From Candidatus Parcubacteria bacterium (GTDB lineage Bacteria > Patescibacteriota > Minisyncoccia > UBA6257 > HR35): a DNA stretch of 64,000 nucleotides. The notes beneath the pieces were generated by a model. That model searched no databases and had not been told where the DNA came from. It saw only the letters and a program-made list of their open reading frames with translations. Shown piece by piece: positions 41,164 to 53,752 of the stretch. The stretch lies in the NCBI GenBank assembly GCA_026004495.1, contig BPJG01000001.1:432527-496526 (forward strand), read 5' to 3'. Position numbers and translations under genes: made by a program. Within the stretch, counting starts at the first letter, position 1. Each line of letters opens with the position of its first letter.

Positions 41164-41667
41164 ATGTTAAAGGCATTTTTAGAATTAATACCCAAGCGTC
41201 TCTTTTATTTTTTAGTAGGTGGATTAGTAGTAAGTTATTTGGGTAGTTATGTTTTGAATTATTTAACTAATTTTAATTATAGAAAGATTGATGAAATTAA
41301 AAGCAAAATTGAAAGTACTAAACTTGAATATTCAGATCAAATTAGAGCTGAGACCTATCAAGCCTTAATGCATTTTATTATGCTTAAATATTTAATAGAT
41401 AATAAAAAATCTATTATACCATTGATTAATGAACCACCTAAATATTTACCTAAATTTTTAAAAATTAATTCAGTGAATATAGAAAATAAAGGCAATAGAA
41501 TTTCAATTAATGGCCAAGTTGATGGTTGGATAAATTATGCTCGTTTTAAAAAATATTTTCAAAACAATGGCAATCTATTTAAAGAATTTAAAATTGATAA
41601 TTTTAGTTATGACAATTCTTTAGGAGTTATTAACGTAAGTTTCAGTTTTATTTTTAATAAACAATGA
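41164..41667 (+). CDS. PilN-like bitopic protein
   Basis: TM, coiled coil and ferredoxin-like tail after pilM; ATG at 41164 preferred. Confidence 0.55.
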   Translation: MLKAFLELIPKRLFYFLVGGLVVSYLGSYVLNYLTNFNYRKIDEIKSKIESTKLEYSDQIRAETYQALMHFIMLKYLIDNKKSIIPLINEPPKYLPKFLKINSVNIENKGNRISINGQVDGWINYARFKKYFQNNGNLFKEFKIDNFSYDNSLGVINVSFSFIFNKQ

Positions 41668-42218
41668 GATTACTGATTAATCTTATTTTTATAATTTTAT
41701 TTTTCTTTTTCATAAATTCAGTTTTTAACTCTTTAATTCCTAGTTATAGAAATTATTTAAATTCTGTTGAAGAAAAAAATAAAGTAGAAAATGAACTAAT
41801 GTTAACTAAAAGCGTAAAAGAACAGTTTGAATTTTTACAATTAAAGGATGTTGTTAATATTGTTAAGCTTAAAAAAGATAATTATTTTGATTATTTTTTG
41901 CCTTCAAATTATATAGACTATGAATTAACAATGTTTATTAATCAATTATTTTATATAGCAGGATTTCCTCAGCCCAATGTTTATTCATTTAATCAAGAGG
42001 AAATAATTCACCCTCAAATAAAAAATGCTAAAGTATCTAAGTTAAGCTTTAGTATCATGGAGGAAGAAACATTAGATAATATAATAAAATTAATATCCAC
42101 TCTAGAAAATAGTAGTCGAATATTTGAAATTGAAACATTAGATTTAAAGAGGGGGAAAGAGAATAATTTAATAAATTCTTCTTTAAAAATTTCAACTTAT
42201 TATTTTTTGCCTAAATAA
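41664..42218 (+). CDS. PilO-like bitopic protein
   Basis: TM, coiled coil, LENSSRIFEIETL..STYY (PilO-type C-terminus); position in cluster. Confidence 0.65.
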   Translation: MRLLINLIFIILFFFFINSVFNSLIPSYRNYLNSVEEKNKVENELMLTKSVKEQFEFLQLKDVVNIVKLKKDNYFDYFLPSNYIDYELTMFINQLFYIAGFPQPNVYSFNQEEIIHPQIKNAKVSKLSFSIMEEETLDNIIKLISTLENSSRIFEIETLDLKRGKENNLINSSLKISTYYFLPK

Positions 42219-42220
42219 AG

Positions 42221-42523
42221 ATGAAAAATATAATTTATAATAATTTTTTAAGATTAAAAATTTTGAACATAGTTTCAATATTATTATCATTTTTTATTGT
42301 TGTAGCAATTATCTATATTGCCTTTTGGGAATTTAATATTCTTAAAAAAGAAGTAGAAATGAGCCCTGAAATAAAAATGATTGAAGATGAAATAAATTAT
42401 TTAAGGGGTATCAATTTAAGCGAAAGCGTTGGAGATTTAAAAAATAAATTACCACAAGCTCAAGTTTTATCAGAACCAACCTTAACTAATGAGATGATAG
42501 GTAAAAGAGATTTTTTTGAATAA
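42221..42523 (+). CDS. Pilus-cluster membrane protein (PilP position)
   Basis: Single TM; ends IGKRDFFE, resembling a GRxNPF-type motif; lies between the pilO-like gene and pilB. Confidence 0.55.
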   Translation: MKNIIYNNFLRLKILNIVSILLSFFIVVAIIYIAFWEFNILKKEVEMSPEIKMIEDEINYLRGINLSESVGDLKNKLPQAQVLSEPTLTNEMIGKRDFFE

Positions 42524-42528
42524 ATAAT

Positions 42529-44247
42529 ATGACCCTTAATGAATTTTTAAAAGAAAAATTAAAAGATAAATTTGATAATATTGATTATTTAATTTCTGAG
42601 GCAGAAAAAAATAAAATTTCTTTAGAAGAATTGTTTTATAGAAACGGTTTGCTAGATGATGACTTTCTTAAATTGAAATCAGAGTTTTTTAATTTACCAA
42701 TTAAAAAATTCGATTATAGTGAACAAATACCTCAAGAAATTTTAAATTTGATATCAAAAGATTTTGCTAAACAAAGAAAAATTATTGTTTTTGATAAAAA
42801 AGATAGTGAAATTTATATAGGTGCAGTAAATCCAGAAACTAATCCTCTTAATGAAACTATTGACTATCTTAAATCAATTTATAATCAAGAAATTAAAGCT
42901 TACATTATATCTATTAGAGATTATTTTTTGATTTTTAGGCAATATAATAAATTTTCTGATGTCTTAAAAGAAACTTTATTTAATTTAAGAAAAACCAAAC
43001 CTTTGGTAACTGAAGAAGAAATAGTGAAATTAGAGGAGGAAGTTTTAACTGATGAAGAAGCTCCAGTTGTTAAATTGGTGCAATCTTTAATTGAAGAAGC
43101 AGTTTATCTTCAAGCTTCTGATATTCATATTGAACCCTTGGTTCGTAAATTAAGAATCAGATTTAGAATTTTAGGCGATTTGAGAACAATTGCTTATTTA
43201 CCTAAAGATTTTCATCGTCAAATAATTAATAGAATAAAAGTTCTTTCTAAATTGAAATTAGATGAAACACGAATTCCTCAAGAAGGGAGAATTAGAACTT
43301 TTATTCATGGTCGAGAAATAGACTTAAGGATTGGTATTTTACCTACAATTCAAGGAGAAAAAATTGCTATTAGAATATTAGATCCCTTAGTTGGCTTGAA
43401 AAAAGTTTCAGACTTAGGATTATTGGTTTATAGCTATGAAAAATTAGGTAAGGCAATTAAATATCCTTATGGTCTAATTTTGATAACTGGCCCAACTGGC
43501 TCAGGTAAAACAACTACACTTTATGCTATCTTGCAAGAACTAAATAATGAAAACATTAATATTGTTAGCCTTGAAGACCCCGTGGAATATCTTTTAGAAA
43601 GCATTAATCAATCTCAAGTTAGATCAGAAATTAATTATACCTTTGCTAGTGGTTTGAGAACTATTCTTCGCCAAGATCCTAATGTTATTTTAGTAGGTGA
43701 GGTTAGAGATTTAGAAACAGCCGAGCTTTGTATCCATGCCTCATTAACGGGTCATTTAGTTTTATCAACGCTTCATACTAATACCGCCTTAGGTGCTATT
43801 AATAGATTATTAGATTTAGGAATTGAGAGATTTCTTTTGCCTGAAACAATTAGAATGATAATGTCACAAAGATTAGCAAAAAGATTATGTGACAGTTGCA
43901 AAAAAGAAGAAACTCCTTCGGATGATTTAAAAAATATAATTTCTGATAATATCAAATATATTGATAAAGAAATAATAGAAAGTCTTAAAATTGATATTAA
44001 TAATCCTAAAATTTATCATCCTTCAGGTTGTGAAAAATGTAATTTTCGGGGTTATATAGGTAGGGTTGGAATTTTTGAAATTATTTTAATTACTGATGAA
44101 CTTAAAAAGGCTATTTATGATAAAAAAACTAATGAAGAGATGGAAAAAATTTTAATTGAGGAAAAATTTATTAATTTAAAACAAGATGGTATTATAAAAT
44201 CATTAATGGGATTAGTAACAATTGAAGAAGTTTTGAAAATAACTTAA
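42529..44247 (+). CDS. pilB: Type IV pilus extension ATPase (GspE/PilB)
   Basis: ASDIHIEP, GPTGSGKTTTLY, EDPVEY, LRQDPNVILVGEVRD, CDSC..CEKC Zn motif. Confidence 0.93.
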   Translation: MTLNEFLKEKLKDKFDNIDYLISEAEKNKISLEELFYRNGLLDDDFLKLKSEFFNLPIKKFDYSEQIPQEILNLISKDFAKQRKIIVFDKKDSEIYIGAVNPETNPLNETIDYLKSIYNQEIKAYIISIRDYFLIFRQYNKFSDVLKETLFNLRKTKPLVTEEEIVKLEEEVLTDEEAPVVKLVQSLIEEAVYLQASDIHIEPLVRKLRIRFRILGDLRTIAYLPKDFHRQIINRIKVLSKLKLDETRIPQEGRIRTFIHGREIDLRIGILPTIQGEKIAIRILDPLVGLKKVSDLGLLVYSYEKLGKAIKYPYGLILITGPTGSGKTTTLYAILQELNNENINIVSLEDPVEYLLESINQSQVRSEINYTFASGLRTILRQDPNVILVGEVRDLETAELCIHASLTGHLVLSTLHTNTALGAINRLLDLGIERFLLPETIRMIMSQRLAKRLCDSCKKEETPSDDLKNIISDNIKYIDKEIIESLKIDINNPKIYHPSGCEKCNFRGYIGRVGIFEIILITDELKKAIYDKKTNEEMEKILIEEKFINLKQDGIIKSLMGLVTIEEVLKIT

Positions 44248-44258
44248 AATTTTTTAAC

Positions 44259-45317
44259 ATGGACGATAAATTAAAAAGAATTTTTTATATTGCTGTTCAA
44301 AGAGGTGCTTCTGACGTTCATATAGTACCAGCTAAATATCCAACCCTAAGGGTTGATGGCGGATTAGTAAATCTTAACGAAGAAGGTATTATTTTTGCCA
44401 GCCAAACAAAGGAAATGCTTTTCTCTCTATTAAATGATGATCAAAAGAATTTTTTAATTAAGTATAAAGATATTGATTTTTCTTTTAATATTGATGATAA
44501 AATTAGAGTTAGAGCAAATATTTATTTTCAAAATAATGGTTTAGCTGGTGCCTTTAGAATTATTTCAACAGAAATTAAAACGATCGAAGAATTGAATTTG
44601 CCTCCCATACTTCATGAATTCATTAAGAAAAGACAAGGATTAATTCTTATCACTGGACCTGCTGGCTCAGGTAAATCAACTACCCTTGCTTCTTTAATTG
44701 ATGAAATTAATCACAATAGAAATAGTCACATTATTACTATTGAAGAACCAATAGAATACATTTTTTTACCAGATCTTTCTTTAATTTCACAAAGAGAAAT
44801 ACCTCGGGATTCACCTACCTGGCATCGAGCTCTAAGAGCAGCCCTGAGAGAAGATCCAGATATTATTATGATAGGAGAATTAAGAGATGCTACTTCTGTT
44901 CAAATAGCCCTAACTGCTGCTGAAACGGGTCATTTAGTTTTAGGTACGCTACATACAAATTCAGCTTCTCAAACAATCGATAGAATTTTAGATGTTTTAC
45001 CCGAGGGTCAAAAAAATCAAGCTAGGTTTCAATTAGCTTCTACTTTAATTGGGGTTGTTTCTCAGAGATTGGTTAGTAGATTAAAGGGTGGTAGGATACC
45101 TGCTTGTGAAGTTTTGGTTGCTAATCCGGCAGTAAAAAATCTTATTAGAGAAAATAAAATTTATCAAATAGATTTAGTTATAGAGACAAGTATTGAAAGC
45201 GGAATGTTTGCTATGGAAAGATCACTTGCTACCTTAGTTAATTTAGGTGAGATAAGTATGGAAACTGCTTTTGATTATTCAATTAATCCTGAGAGATTAA
45301 AAAACTTATTAAAATAA
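44259..45317 (+). CDS. pilT: Type IV pilus retraction ATPase
   Basis: GPAGSGKSTTLA, ALREDPD, AAETGHLVLGTLHT, AVKNLIRE (AIRNLIRE motif). Confidence 0.95.
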   Translation: MDDKLKRIFYIAVQRGASDVHIVPAKYPTLRVDGGLVNLNEEGIIFASQTKEMLFSLLNDDQKNFLIKYKDIDFSFNIDDKIRVRANIYFQNNGLAGAFRIISTEIKTIEELNLPPILHEFIKKRQGLILITGPAGSGKSTTLASLIDEINHNRNSHIITIEEPIEYIFLPDLSLISQREIPRDSPTWHRALRAALREDPDIIMIGELRDATSVQIALTAAETGHLVLGTLHTNSASQTIDRILDVLPEGQKNQARFQLASTLIGVVSQRLVSRLKGGRIPACEVLVANPAVKNLIRENKIYQIDLVIETSIESGMFAMERSLATLVNLGEISMETAFDYSINPERLKNLLK

Positions 45318-45331
45318 TAACCTAAATTAAA

Positions 45332-46540
45332 ATGAAATTTGAATTCAGAGGTTTTGATCAAGATGGTAATTTTAAGACAGGTATTTTAGAAGCTCAAAGT
45401 CAAGAACAGGCAGTTTTGTTACTTCAAAATCAAGGAATAGTTGTTACTTATATCAGTAAGCCATCAATTTCCAAAATTCAATTATTTTTTAATAAAATAT
45501 CTCTTTTAGATTTAGCCTTCTTTTGTAAATCACTTAACTTTCTTCTTAAATCTAAAACAGAAATAGATGAATCGATTAAATCTTTATCATATCAGGTTAA
45601 TAAGCAATTTTTTAAGAATATATTAGAAGATATCTATCAGCAAATTATTTCTGGTATTTCATTATCAGAAGCCTTGAATAAATATCCGAATGTATTTCCT
45701 AATTCTATGGTTAAATTAATTAAAATAGGTGAACTTTCTGGTAATTTAGAAGAAGTGTTTAAAAATTTATCTGAATATTTTGAAGAGCAACATAAGCTTT
45801 TTAGTAAAGTAATTCAATCTCTGTATTATCCTGCTATAGTTATTTTAATTTTTATTACTACTATAATTTTTCTCTTTTTTAACGTTATACCTCAAATATC
45901 TAATATTTTTATAGAAAATAATATTGAACTACCTAAAATAACTAAAAATTTATTAAGTGTTTCTACTTTTGTTGTTAATTATTGGTATTATATTTTAATC
46001 GGAATTATAATTTTTATTTATTCTCTAATAGAATTCCTTAAGACTGACGATGGAAAGTTATTTTTATATAATATGTTTGTTAATTTTCCTATAATTGGTA
46101 GCTTACTGAAAGAAATTTATATAGTTTCTTTTATTCAATCTTTAATTTTTCTTATAAAAGGAGGCATTACAATATCTGAAAGTTTAGAAATTGTTTCCCA
46201 AAGTATTAATAATCCATACTATAAAAATGCTATTAAATACCTATCTGATGAAACACAAAAAGGTAAGCAAATTTCTGAGAGTATAAAAATTTTTCCTGAC
46301 CTATTTCCTCCTTTTGTAGTCCAAGGATTTATTACTGGTGAAAAAACTGGTGAATTAACAAATTCGCTTACAAGTATCTTAGAGTATTATAAGATAGATA
46401 TTAATAATAAAGTAAATAATTTGGGTGAAACAATTCAACCTATTATAATAATTGTCTTAGCTATAGGACTTATTTTTATTGAGGCTTCTTTAATTATTCC
46501 AATATCCGAATTAACTAAATCAATCAGTCAATTAAGATAA
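45332..46540 (+). CDS. pilC: Type IV pilus platform protein (GspF/PilC)
   Basis: Two GspF repeats (IGELSGNL, TGEKTGEL), YYPAIV, TM helices. Confidence 0.9.
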   Translation: MKFEFRGFDQDGNFKTGILEAQSQEQAVLLLQNQGIVVTYISKPSISKIQLFFNKISLLDLAFFCKSLNFLLKSKTEIDESIKSLSYQVNKQFFKNILEDIYQQIISGISLSEALNKYPNVFPNSMVKLIKIGELSGNLEEVFKNLSEYFEEQHKLFSKVIQSLYYPAIVILIFITTIIFLFFNVIPQISNIFIENNIELPKITKNLLSVSTFVVNYWYYILIGIIIFIYSLIEFLKTDDGKLFLYNMFVNFPIIGSLLKEIYIVSFIQSLIFLIKGGITISESLEIVSQSINNPYYKNAIKYLSDETQKGKQISESIKIFPDLFPPFVVQGFITGEKTGELTNSLTSILEYYKIDINNKVNNLGETIQPIIIIVLAIGLIFIEASLIIPISELTKSISQLR

Positions 46541-46546
46541 ATTAAG

Positions 46547-46555
46547 TTATCCACA
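46547..46555 (+). promoter_or_regulatory. Perfect DnaA box upstream of the major pilin
   Basis: TTATCCACA in AT-rich intergenic DNA. Confidence 0.55.
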
Positions 46556-46680
46556 TTTTATAAAATTGTTTTTTTAATAATATTTTATAATTTATTATAT
46601 AAAATAAATATTATGTAATAAAGATTTTGGTCGTAATTAATTTTAAAAAATTAAATTTTAAATACTAAAATAATTAAAAA

Positions 46681-47235
46681 ATGAAAAATAATAAATTTAA
46701 AGGATTCACCTTAATAGAATTAGCGGTCGTTCTTTTGGTTATAGGTATATTAGCTGGTTTGGTTGTTAGAAATTATAGTGGTTTTACCAGCTCTGCTAGA
46801 GATACTCGTCGATTAGCAGACTTAAGAAATATAACCAATTTATTAGCTGCTTATTACGTAGGGAATAATATTTTTCCAGATCGAACCTTTGCTGGAGCAG
46901 CAGCTAGTTGGACAAATGACTTTGCTAACCTATTAGTAAGCAATGGAATATTAGCTAATTCTAATGAATTACCTAAAGATCCTCAAAATAATAACAATTT
47001 CTATTATAGATATTATACTTGTGATAGAGATGTAAACCCAAACGGAGGTACATATGGCACAGGAAGCGCTTATATCTTAGCTGCAAGATTAGAAACGCCA
47101 ACTTCAAACCAAGCTATTTATAGAGAATCTGCTACTGGTAACATACAATGTCTTAATCAGTCAGGATTATGGACAACCCGTGATGGTCTTGGTTGCTATC
47201 CTAGCACTACTCTATTTTGCCTATATGTATATTAA
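46681..47235 (+). CDS. Type IV pilin (probable major pilin)
   Basis: KG|FTLIELAVVLLVIGILA prepilin motif, ARDTRRLADL, LPKDP, four C-terminal Cys. Confidence 0.92.
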   Translation: MKNNKFKGFTLIELAVVLLVIGILAGLVVRNYSGFTSSARDTRRLADLRNITNLLAAYYVGNNIFPDRTFAGAAASWTNDFANLLVSNGILANSNELPKDPQNNNNFYYRYYTCDRDVNPNGGTYGTGSAYILAARLETPTSNQAIYRESATGNIQCLNQSGLWTTRDGLGCYPSTTLFCLYVY

Positions 47236-47283
47236 AAAGTTATATTAAAAAATAAATCTATCATAAAAATAATTTAATTCTGT

Positions 47284-48129
47284 ATGATTTATTTTATCTT
47301 TGGATTATTTTTGGGTAGTTTAGTTAATAATATTGCTTATCGATTAGTTAGAAATGAAGACTTTATTTTGGGGAGTTCTAAATGTGATAGTTGCCAAAAA
47401 AATCTATTATGGTATGAATTAATCCCCATAATTAGTTATTTGATTCAAGGAGGTAAATGTAGGAATTGTCGGAATAAAATTTCTTTTCGCTATCCATTAA
47501 CAGAGTTAATTACAGGTTTGTTGACATATAAAATTGCAGAAAAAACTCTTTTAATATCAAATTTTAATTTAATTAATTTTTTATATTTTAATTATTTTTT
47601 AATAATAACCCTATTATTTTTTATTTTAAGCTTATATGACTTAGAAACATTTTATATTGAAGATAAATTAATATATTTAGCTATATTTATTTGGTTAATT
47701 TTTGCCCTTGTTTTTAATTATTTAAGTATTTTTCCTAAAATTGATTTTAATCCTGGATTAAATTCTTTAATTTATTTACCTGAATTAAATGTTAAAGATT
47801 ATATTTTTAATAGATTATATTATGCTTTCATATTTGCTTTATCAATTTTAATTATTTTTATTCTTACTCTTGGCAAAGGAATTGGTTTAGGTGATATTAA
47901 ACTATTCTTTATTCTTGGTTTATATTTCAATTTTAGCGATATCTTAGCTGCTTCGGCATTTACAATTTTAATTAGTGGAATTTTTAGTTTATTTATTTTG
48001 ATTTATAAAAGAAAAATTAAACAAGCGGTTCCCCTTGGGCCTTTTATATTTGCAGGTTTATTTTTGTCCATTTTTACTGGAGATTATCTATATGAGCTGG
48101 TGAATAATTTATTAATCTTAGATACATAA
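47284..48129 (+). CDS. pilD: Prepilin peptidase
   Basis: LGSLVNN, CDSC..LIPIISY..GKCRNC, YDL, GLGDIKL, VPLGPFI. Confidence 0.92.
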   Translation: MIYFIFGLFLGSLVNNIAYRLVRNEDFILGSSKCDSCQKNLLWYELIPIISYLIQGGKCRNCRNKISFRYPLTELITGLLTYKIAEKTLLISNFNLINFLYFNYFLIITLLFFILSLYDLETFYIEDKLIYLAIFIWLIFALVFNYLSIFPKIDFNPGLNSLIYLPELNVKDYIFNRLYYAFIFALSILIIFILTLGKGIGLGDIKLFFILGLYFNFSDILAASAFTILISGIFSLFILIYKRKIKQAVPLGPFIFAGLFLSIFTGDYLYELVNNLLILDT

Positions 48130-48204
48130 TTTAAAAGTCTTGTTTTTTTTAAATTTTATCTTAAAATAAAATTCCGTAGTAAAATTAAGCTTACTAATAA
48201 TATT

Positions 48205-49410
48205 ATGGATAAAAATAATTTAATAATTTTTACGTTTTTTATTCTGTTTTTAATTAGTTTAATTTTTAGTTTAGATAATTCAATTTTAGATTTTAAATTT
48301 GGCCTAGATTTAACAGGGGGTGTTCTTATAACATATGATGCTGATTTAAGAAATGTAAAATTAACAGAAATAAATGATGTCCTTTCTGGGGTTAAAGATC
48401 TGATTGAAAGAAGAATTAATACGTTAGGAATAGCTGAAACAAATATCAGCTATACTAATTCAGGTAGATTAATAGTTGAAATCCCAAATATTAAGGACCC
48501 GCAAGAAGCCATTAATTTAATTGGCCAAACTCCATTATTAGAATTTCGCATTCCTAAAGTGGTTGGAACAACAACATATTTTTTACCTTCTGAACTAACT
48601 GGTCGTTATCTAGAAAATGTAGAATTTAAGCTAAATCCTCAAACTGCTTTTCCCATTATAAGTTTAAAGTTTAATAAAGAAGGATCAAAAATATTTGAAG
48701 AATTGACAAAAAAATATTTAAATCAACCGATAGCTATTTATATTGACAATAAGCCTATTTCAACACCTATTGTAAGACAAGTTATTAGCGGAGGTGAGGC
48801 TGTTATTGAAGGAAATTTTGATTTATTAACTGCAAAAAAATTAGCAAACGATCTTAAACAAGGCGCTCTACCTGTACCTCTTTATTTAAAAGGTATAACC
48901 CAGATCAATCCTTTGTTTGGAGAAAAATTTAAATACCTATCTTTAAAGGCTGGCATAATTGGATTTTTATTAGTTGTTATCTTTATGATTATTTTTTACC
49001 GCCTACAAGGTATAATAGCTTCTATTTGTTTAATTGTCTATATTTTTTTAAATATATTTATTTATAAATTATTTGGAATTGTTTTAACATTAGCAGGAAT
49101 AGCAGGTTTGATTTTATCTATTGGTATGGCAGTGGATGCTAATATTTTAATTGCTGAAAGAATAAGAGAAGAAATTAAATGGGGATTAAATAAGAAAGAA
49201 GCAGTAATAACAGGTTTTAAAAGAGCTTGGACATCTATTAGAGATTCTAATGTTTCTACTATTATTTCAGCAATTATAGTTTATTTTTTAGCTACTTCAT
49301 TTATTAAGGGTTTTGCTATTACTCTTTCTATTGGTGTTATAATTAGTTTTATTACTGCTTTTTATCTTACTAGATTATTAACCCAAAAAATATATGATTT
49401 AAGTATTTAA
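48205..49410 (+). CDS. secD: Protein translocase subunit SecD
   Basis: GLDLTGG, ERRINTLGIAE, GALPVPL, LSIGMAVDANILIAERIREE. Confidence 0.95.
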   Translation: MDKNNLIIFTFFILFLISLIFSLDNSILDFKFGLDLTGGVLITYDADLRNVKLTEINDVLSGVKDLIERRINTLGIAETNISYTNSGRLIVEIPNIKDPQEAINLIGQTPLLEFRIPKVVGTTTYFLPSELTGRYLENVEFKLNPQTAFPIISLKFNKEGSKIFEELTKKYLNQPIAIYIDNKPISTPIVRQVISGGEAVIEGNFDLLTAKKLANDLKQGALPVPLYLKGITQINPLFGEKFKYLSLKAGIIGFLLVVIFMIIFYRLQGIIASICLIVYIFLNIFIYKLFGIVLTLAGIAGLILSIGMAVDANILIAERIREEIKWGLNKKEAVITGFKRAWTSIRDSNVSTIISAIIVYFLATSFIKGFAITLSIGVIISFITAFYLTRLLTQKIYDLSI

Positions 49411-49429
49411 CTAACTTATTTAAATAAAA

Positions 49430-49909
49430 ATGTCACGAGTTATTAGTAAAGAAGTTTATGAGCAATTAAAAAAAGAATTAGAAAATTTAAAAAAGATTGC
49501 AAGAAAAGAGATTGCCGAAAAAATAAAAACAGCTAAAGAATTTGGAGATTTAAGCGAAAATGCCGAATATCAATCTGCCTTAGAAGAACAAAAGAGGCTT
49601 GAAAGAAGAATTTTTGAAATTGAAAATATCCTCAAAACATCTAAAGTAATAAAAAGTAAGCCAATAAAGTCAGATAAAGTTAATATTGGTACGGAAATTG
49701 AAGTTGAGATAATTGATAATAAAGTTAAGGATAATAAAAAAACAATGAAGTTTAAAATTGTAGGCTTTGGAGAATCAGATCCTTTGAGTGGCAAAATATC
49801 TATCGAATCTCCATTAGGTAAAAGTCTTCTTGGTAAAAAAATTGGTGATGTAGTTGAAGTTTCTGTTGGGAAAAAGATAATAAAATACAAAATTAAATCT
49901 ATTAAATAA
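49430..49909 (+). CDS. greA: Transcription elongation factor GreA
   Basis: AKEFGDLSENAEY, ISIESPLGKSLLGK. Confidence 0.96.
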   Translation: MSRVISKEVYEQLKKELENLKKIARKEIAEKIKTAKEFGDLSENAEYQSALEEQKRLERRIFEIENILKTSKVIKSKPIKSDKVNIGTEIEVEIIDNKVKDNKKTMKFKIVGFGESDPLSGKISIESPLGKSLLGKKIGDVVEVSVGKKIIKYKIKSIK

Positions 49910-49919
49910 AATAATTCTT

Positions 49920-52539
<2,620 letters not shown>

Positions 52540-52555
52540 TTGTAAATAATAATAC

Positions 52556-53140
52556 TTATGTTCTACAAAGATTGGTTTTGTTGAAAGAATTAAAAGGATG
52601 GGCAGTCATTTGAATATTAATTGGAATTTGATTTTTTCCTTTTAATTTTACCTTACCTTCTATAGCGATAGTAATAGATTTAGCTGATATTAAATTATAA
52701 GTATCATTATTAGTAATAATATCTCTTGTAGGAATGCTAGTATTTATTTTCCCTCCTAAATAAATATTAAATTTATCTATATCAATTAAATTTATATCGC
52801 TAAGATTGGAGGTGATGTTATTTTTTATGAGTGATAAATAACCAATATCATCTGAAGTGGTAGTAAAAATTAAAGTAGTAGTAACACAATCATTAATATT
52901 TAGAAATTCTAATTCATTAGTTGTAGTCGAAAAATAGCCCCCCGTTTTAATTTCTAAATAAATTCTATCTAGGGCAGTTTTTAAATTCTGAAGACCAGCT
53001 AATTGTCTTTGATTTATTACATAAGAATTTATTATAGCTAAATAAGAATTTGATAATGTTCCGAGGAAAATAAGGATTATAAAAAAAGCAACTATTAATT
53101 CTATAATTGAGAAAGATTTATTAATTATTTTCATTTTCAA
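52556..53140 (-). CDS. Minor pilin (PilW-like)
   Basis: NKS|FSIIELIVAFFII; ALDRIYLEIK. Confidence 0.75.
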   Translation of the reverse strand: MKMKIINKSFSIIELIVAFFIILIFLGTLSNSYLAIINSYVINQRQLAGLQNLKTALDRIYLEIKTGGYFSTTTNELEFLNINDCVTTTLIFTTTSDDIGYLSLIKNNITSNLSDINLIDIDKFNIYLGGKINTSIPTRDIITNNDTYNLISAKSITIAIEGKVKLKGKNQIPINIQMTAHPFNSFNKTNLCRT

Positions 53141-53149
53141 ATTTTAATT

Positions 53150-53752
53150 TTATTTATTTAAGTTAAAAATAAAACTTTCCAAATTTATTTGCTTATTACC
53201 AAATTGTAATGTGCTTATTACTTTAACACTAGTTGCGCTTTCTATATTGATTCCATCTAAGGTTGTTGTTACTGTAATGAATCTTTTAAATTTAGTCGTG
53301 GTATTAGATGATAAATGAGTAAAGAAACTTTCACTATTTAAGTATAAAGAATCAGGATTATCACAAGAAGAAGTATTAAAATCATAATTTAAGCAAAAAG
53401 TAATTGAGCTTGTATTATTATTTCCTAAATCTCCTAACCAGGAAGATGTTGAATATTCAGGACAAAATGGATAATCTGATTGCCCACTCGCTGTTTTTCT
53501 GCATTCATTTATCGCAAATCTATAATCTCTAATGGCTCTAACTAACTCTAAACCTTCTTGAGCCAAAAAGTTAGCTATAAAAACTTCCTTTGACTGATTA
53601 AGAGTTTTAACATAAGAATAAATAAGATTATAAAAACCTATAAAGACTAATAAAAAAATTATAATAGCTAATAAAACTTCAGCCATAAATTGACCTTTTT
53701 TATTCTGATGATATTTTTCCAGCTTTACTAATAGTGATTGTTGCAGTTTCAT
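53150..53752 (-). CDS. Minor pilin (PilV-like)
   Basis: KKG|QFMAEVLLAIII; ANFLAQEGLELVRAIRD. Exact start uncertain. Confidence 0.78.
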   Translation of the reverse strand: MKLQQSLLVKLEKYHQNKKGQFMAEVLLAIIIFLLVFIGFYNLIYSYVKTLNQSKEVFIANFLAQEGLELVRAIRDYRFAINECRKTASGQSDYPFCPEYSTSSWLGDLGNNNTSSITFCLNYDFNTSSCDNPDSLYLNSESFFTHLSSNTTTKFKRFITVTTTLDGINIESATSVKVISTLQFGNKQINLESFIFNLNK

